A stretch of 64,000 bases of DNA from a bacterium (GTDB lineage: Bacteria > SAR324 > NAC60-12). This document shows, piece after piece, positions 62,653-64,000 of the stretch. The stretch is taken from positions 160,001-224,000 of the forward strand of contig CBDBHR010000025.1 of the NCBI GenBank assembly GCA_965205865.1, written 5' to 3'. The position numbers were made by a program, and so were the translations under genes. The notes beneath the pieces were generated by a model. It was not told the origin of the DNA and did not search any database. It worked only from the letters and a program-made list of their open reading frames with translations. How positions within the stretch are numbered: position 1 is the first letter of the stretch; each line of letters begins with the position of its first letter.

Positions 62653-64000
62653 TCAATGCTCAAGAGATTTTTTCAATCTGCGCAGCATTGCATCAATCGT
62701 GGTGAATTTTTCACGGGGCTTTCCTTTTGACGATCCTGCTTCGATTTCGGCATTGTCTATTTTTTTCCAGTCTGCAAAGGACACCCAGGCAATATTTTTT
62801 GATTGTAGCCATGCTTGGACTGCTTCAGGTTTAAGCGCCTCGGTTGCTTCCGCCTTGCGATCCTCGTAGTCCACTAACAATGCCCGGACTGTCTCACCGG
62901 CATCAGGCTTATTGGTGCCAATCACCCCGGAAGGCCCACGTTTTGCCCAGCCTACCACATACTCGCGTGGCCTCACGGAATTGCTTTCCGCATCCGTCAC
63001 TCGCCCCTCCCGATTGGGGATGACGCCCTTTCGTTCATCAAAAGGCACCCCCTGGAGAGGCACTCCTTGATAGCCGATGGAACGAAAAACCAGGTCCACT
63101 GACATTTCTTTGAATTCATCCACCGGTCTGGCTTTGATGCGGCCTCCTTCATCCTGGAGCAATTCGTTTTTAACCAATTTGATACCGGAAACCCGTCCAT
63201 CTCGTTCAAAAAGCTCCACCGGTGAGTATTGGAACATCAAGTATAATTGACGGGGTTTTTCCTTGCCGGTAAATTCAGCCATCTTACGCATGATTTCAAT
63301 ATTGCGTACGACGTCTTTGCGCTTGGTGGTCTGTAAGACATTCTCACTGGCCGGGTCCAATTTCAGTACTTCGGGGTCCACTAAAGTCACGGTTTGTTCC
63401 AATTCCAGCAATTCCCGCGCTTCCGGAGGCGTGAATGCGGCCTGAACGGGACCGCGGCGGGCGATCATGTAGATTTTCCGCACTTGACTTTGTTTCAATG
63501 CTTCCTGCGCATAATCGGCCATGTCCGTATGTGCCAACTCTGCCGGGGTCTTTGCCAGGATGCGGGCGACATCAACAGCCACGTTCCCCATTCCGATCAC
63601 GGCAACACTGTCCACCGACAAATCGAAAGTCCTGTCCTGGTAATCAGGATGTCCGTTGTACCAGCCCACGAACTCCGTTGCCGAATAGCTGCCAATCAAT
63701 TCTTCTCCCGCAATGCCCATTTGGCGGTCCGATTGCGATCCCACTGCATAGATCAGGCTGTCATAACGTTGCAGAAGTTCTTCCCGGCTGATGTCTTTCC
63801 CAAAGGTCACGTTGCCCCAAAATCGAAATTGGGACCGCAATGCGGTTCTTTCGTAAATCCTGATCACGTTCTTGATTTTCTGATGATCCGGCGCCACTCC
63901 TCCCCGCACCAGGCCATAGGGGGTGGGCAGTCGTTCGAACATGTCCACGTCAATATGCGCGTCCTGCTTCAACAAATCAGCAACTGCATAAAAGGCGGCG
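62653..64000 (-). CDS. Ferredoxin/adrenodoxin-NADP+ reductase (FprA-like); 5' end lies outside the window
   Basis: PYGLVRGGVAPDH, FVGWYNGHP, IGMGNVAVDVAR, RSIGY, GWAKRGPSGVIGTN. Confidence 0.93.
   Translation of the reverse strand, partial: AAFYAVADLLKQDAHIDVDMFERLPTPYGLVRGGVAPDHQKIKNVIRIYERTALRSQFRFWGNVTFGKDISREELLQRYDSLIYAVGSQSDRQMGIAGEELIGSYSATEFVGWYNGHPDYQDRTFDLSVDSVAVIGMGNVAVDVARILAKTPAELAHTDMADYAQEALKQSQVRKIYMIARRGPVQAAFTPPEARELLELEQTVTLVDPEVLKLDPASENVLQTTKRKDVVRNIEIMRKMAEFTGKEKPRQLYLMFQYSPVELFERDGRVSGIKLVKNELLQDEGGRIKARPVDEFKEMSVDLVFRSIGYQGVPLQGVPFDERKGVIPNREGRVTDAESNSVRPREYVVGWAKRGPSGVIGTNKPDAGETVRALLVDYEDRKAEATEALKPEAVQAWLQSKNIAWVSFADWKKIDNAEIEAGSSKGKPREKFTTIDAMLRRLKKSLEH

Overview
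Bacterial chromosomal window with two parts; the host cannot be determined from sequence alone. 1-35.4 kb is mostly housekeeping and metabolism: an HMG-CoA-synthase-like/OB-fold protein, a sterol-desaturase-family protein, a form II coxSLM-coxDE molybdoenzyme operon, a SEL1+pentapeptide protein, a partner-switching signalling operon, a Zn/Mn ABC transporter, a eukaryote-type glutathione synthetase, nadK, lptB-rpoN-pspA, tRNA-Met, class I fumarase, a CoA transferase, ggt, tRNA-Sec and dgkA. 35.4-61.7 kb is a defence island built on a type I R-M system. It holds two tandem, diverged copies of a leader-hsdM-[variable gene]-HEPN toxin-MNT::HsdS module (first decayed, second intact). These are followed by an IS-interrupted Dsr1-like sirtuin, an NDT/TIR-like protein, a second SIR2 protein, a Menshen-like triad and hsdR. 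Two signals stand out. First, a DUF559 endonuclease bracketed by REP-like double-hairpin repeats is inserted in frame in the middle of hsdS, and related hairpins are tandemly amplified in frame inside hsdM. Second, an MntA-type antitoxin is fused to HsdS directly behind a HepT-type toxin, suggesting a toxin-antitoxin guard wired into the restriction complex. All calls come from motif reading, not database searches.
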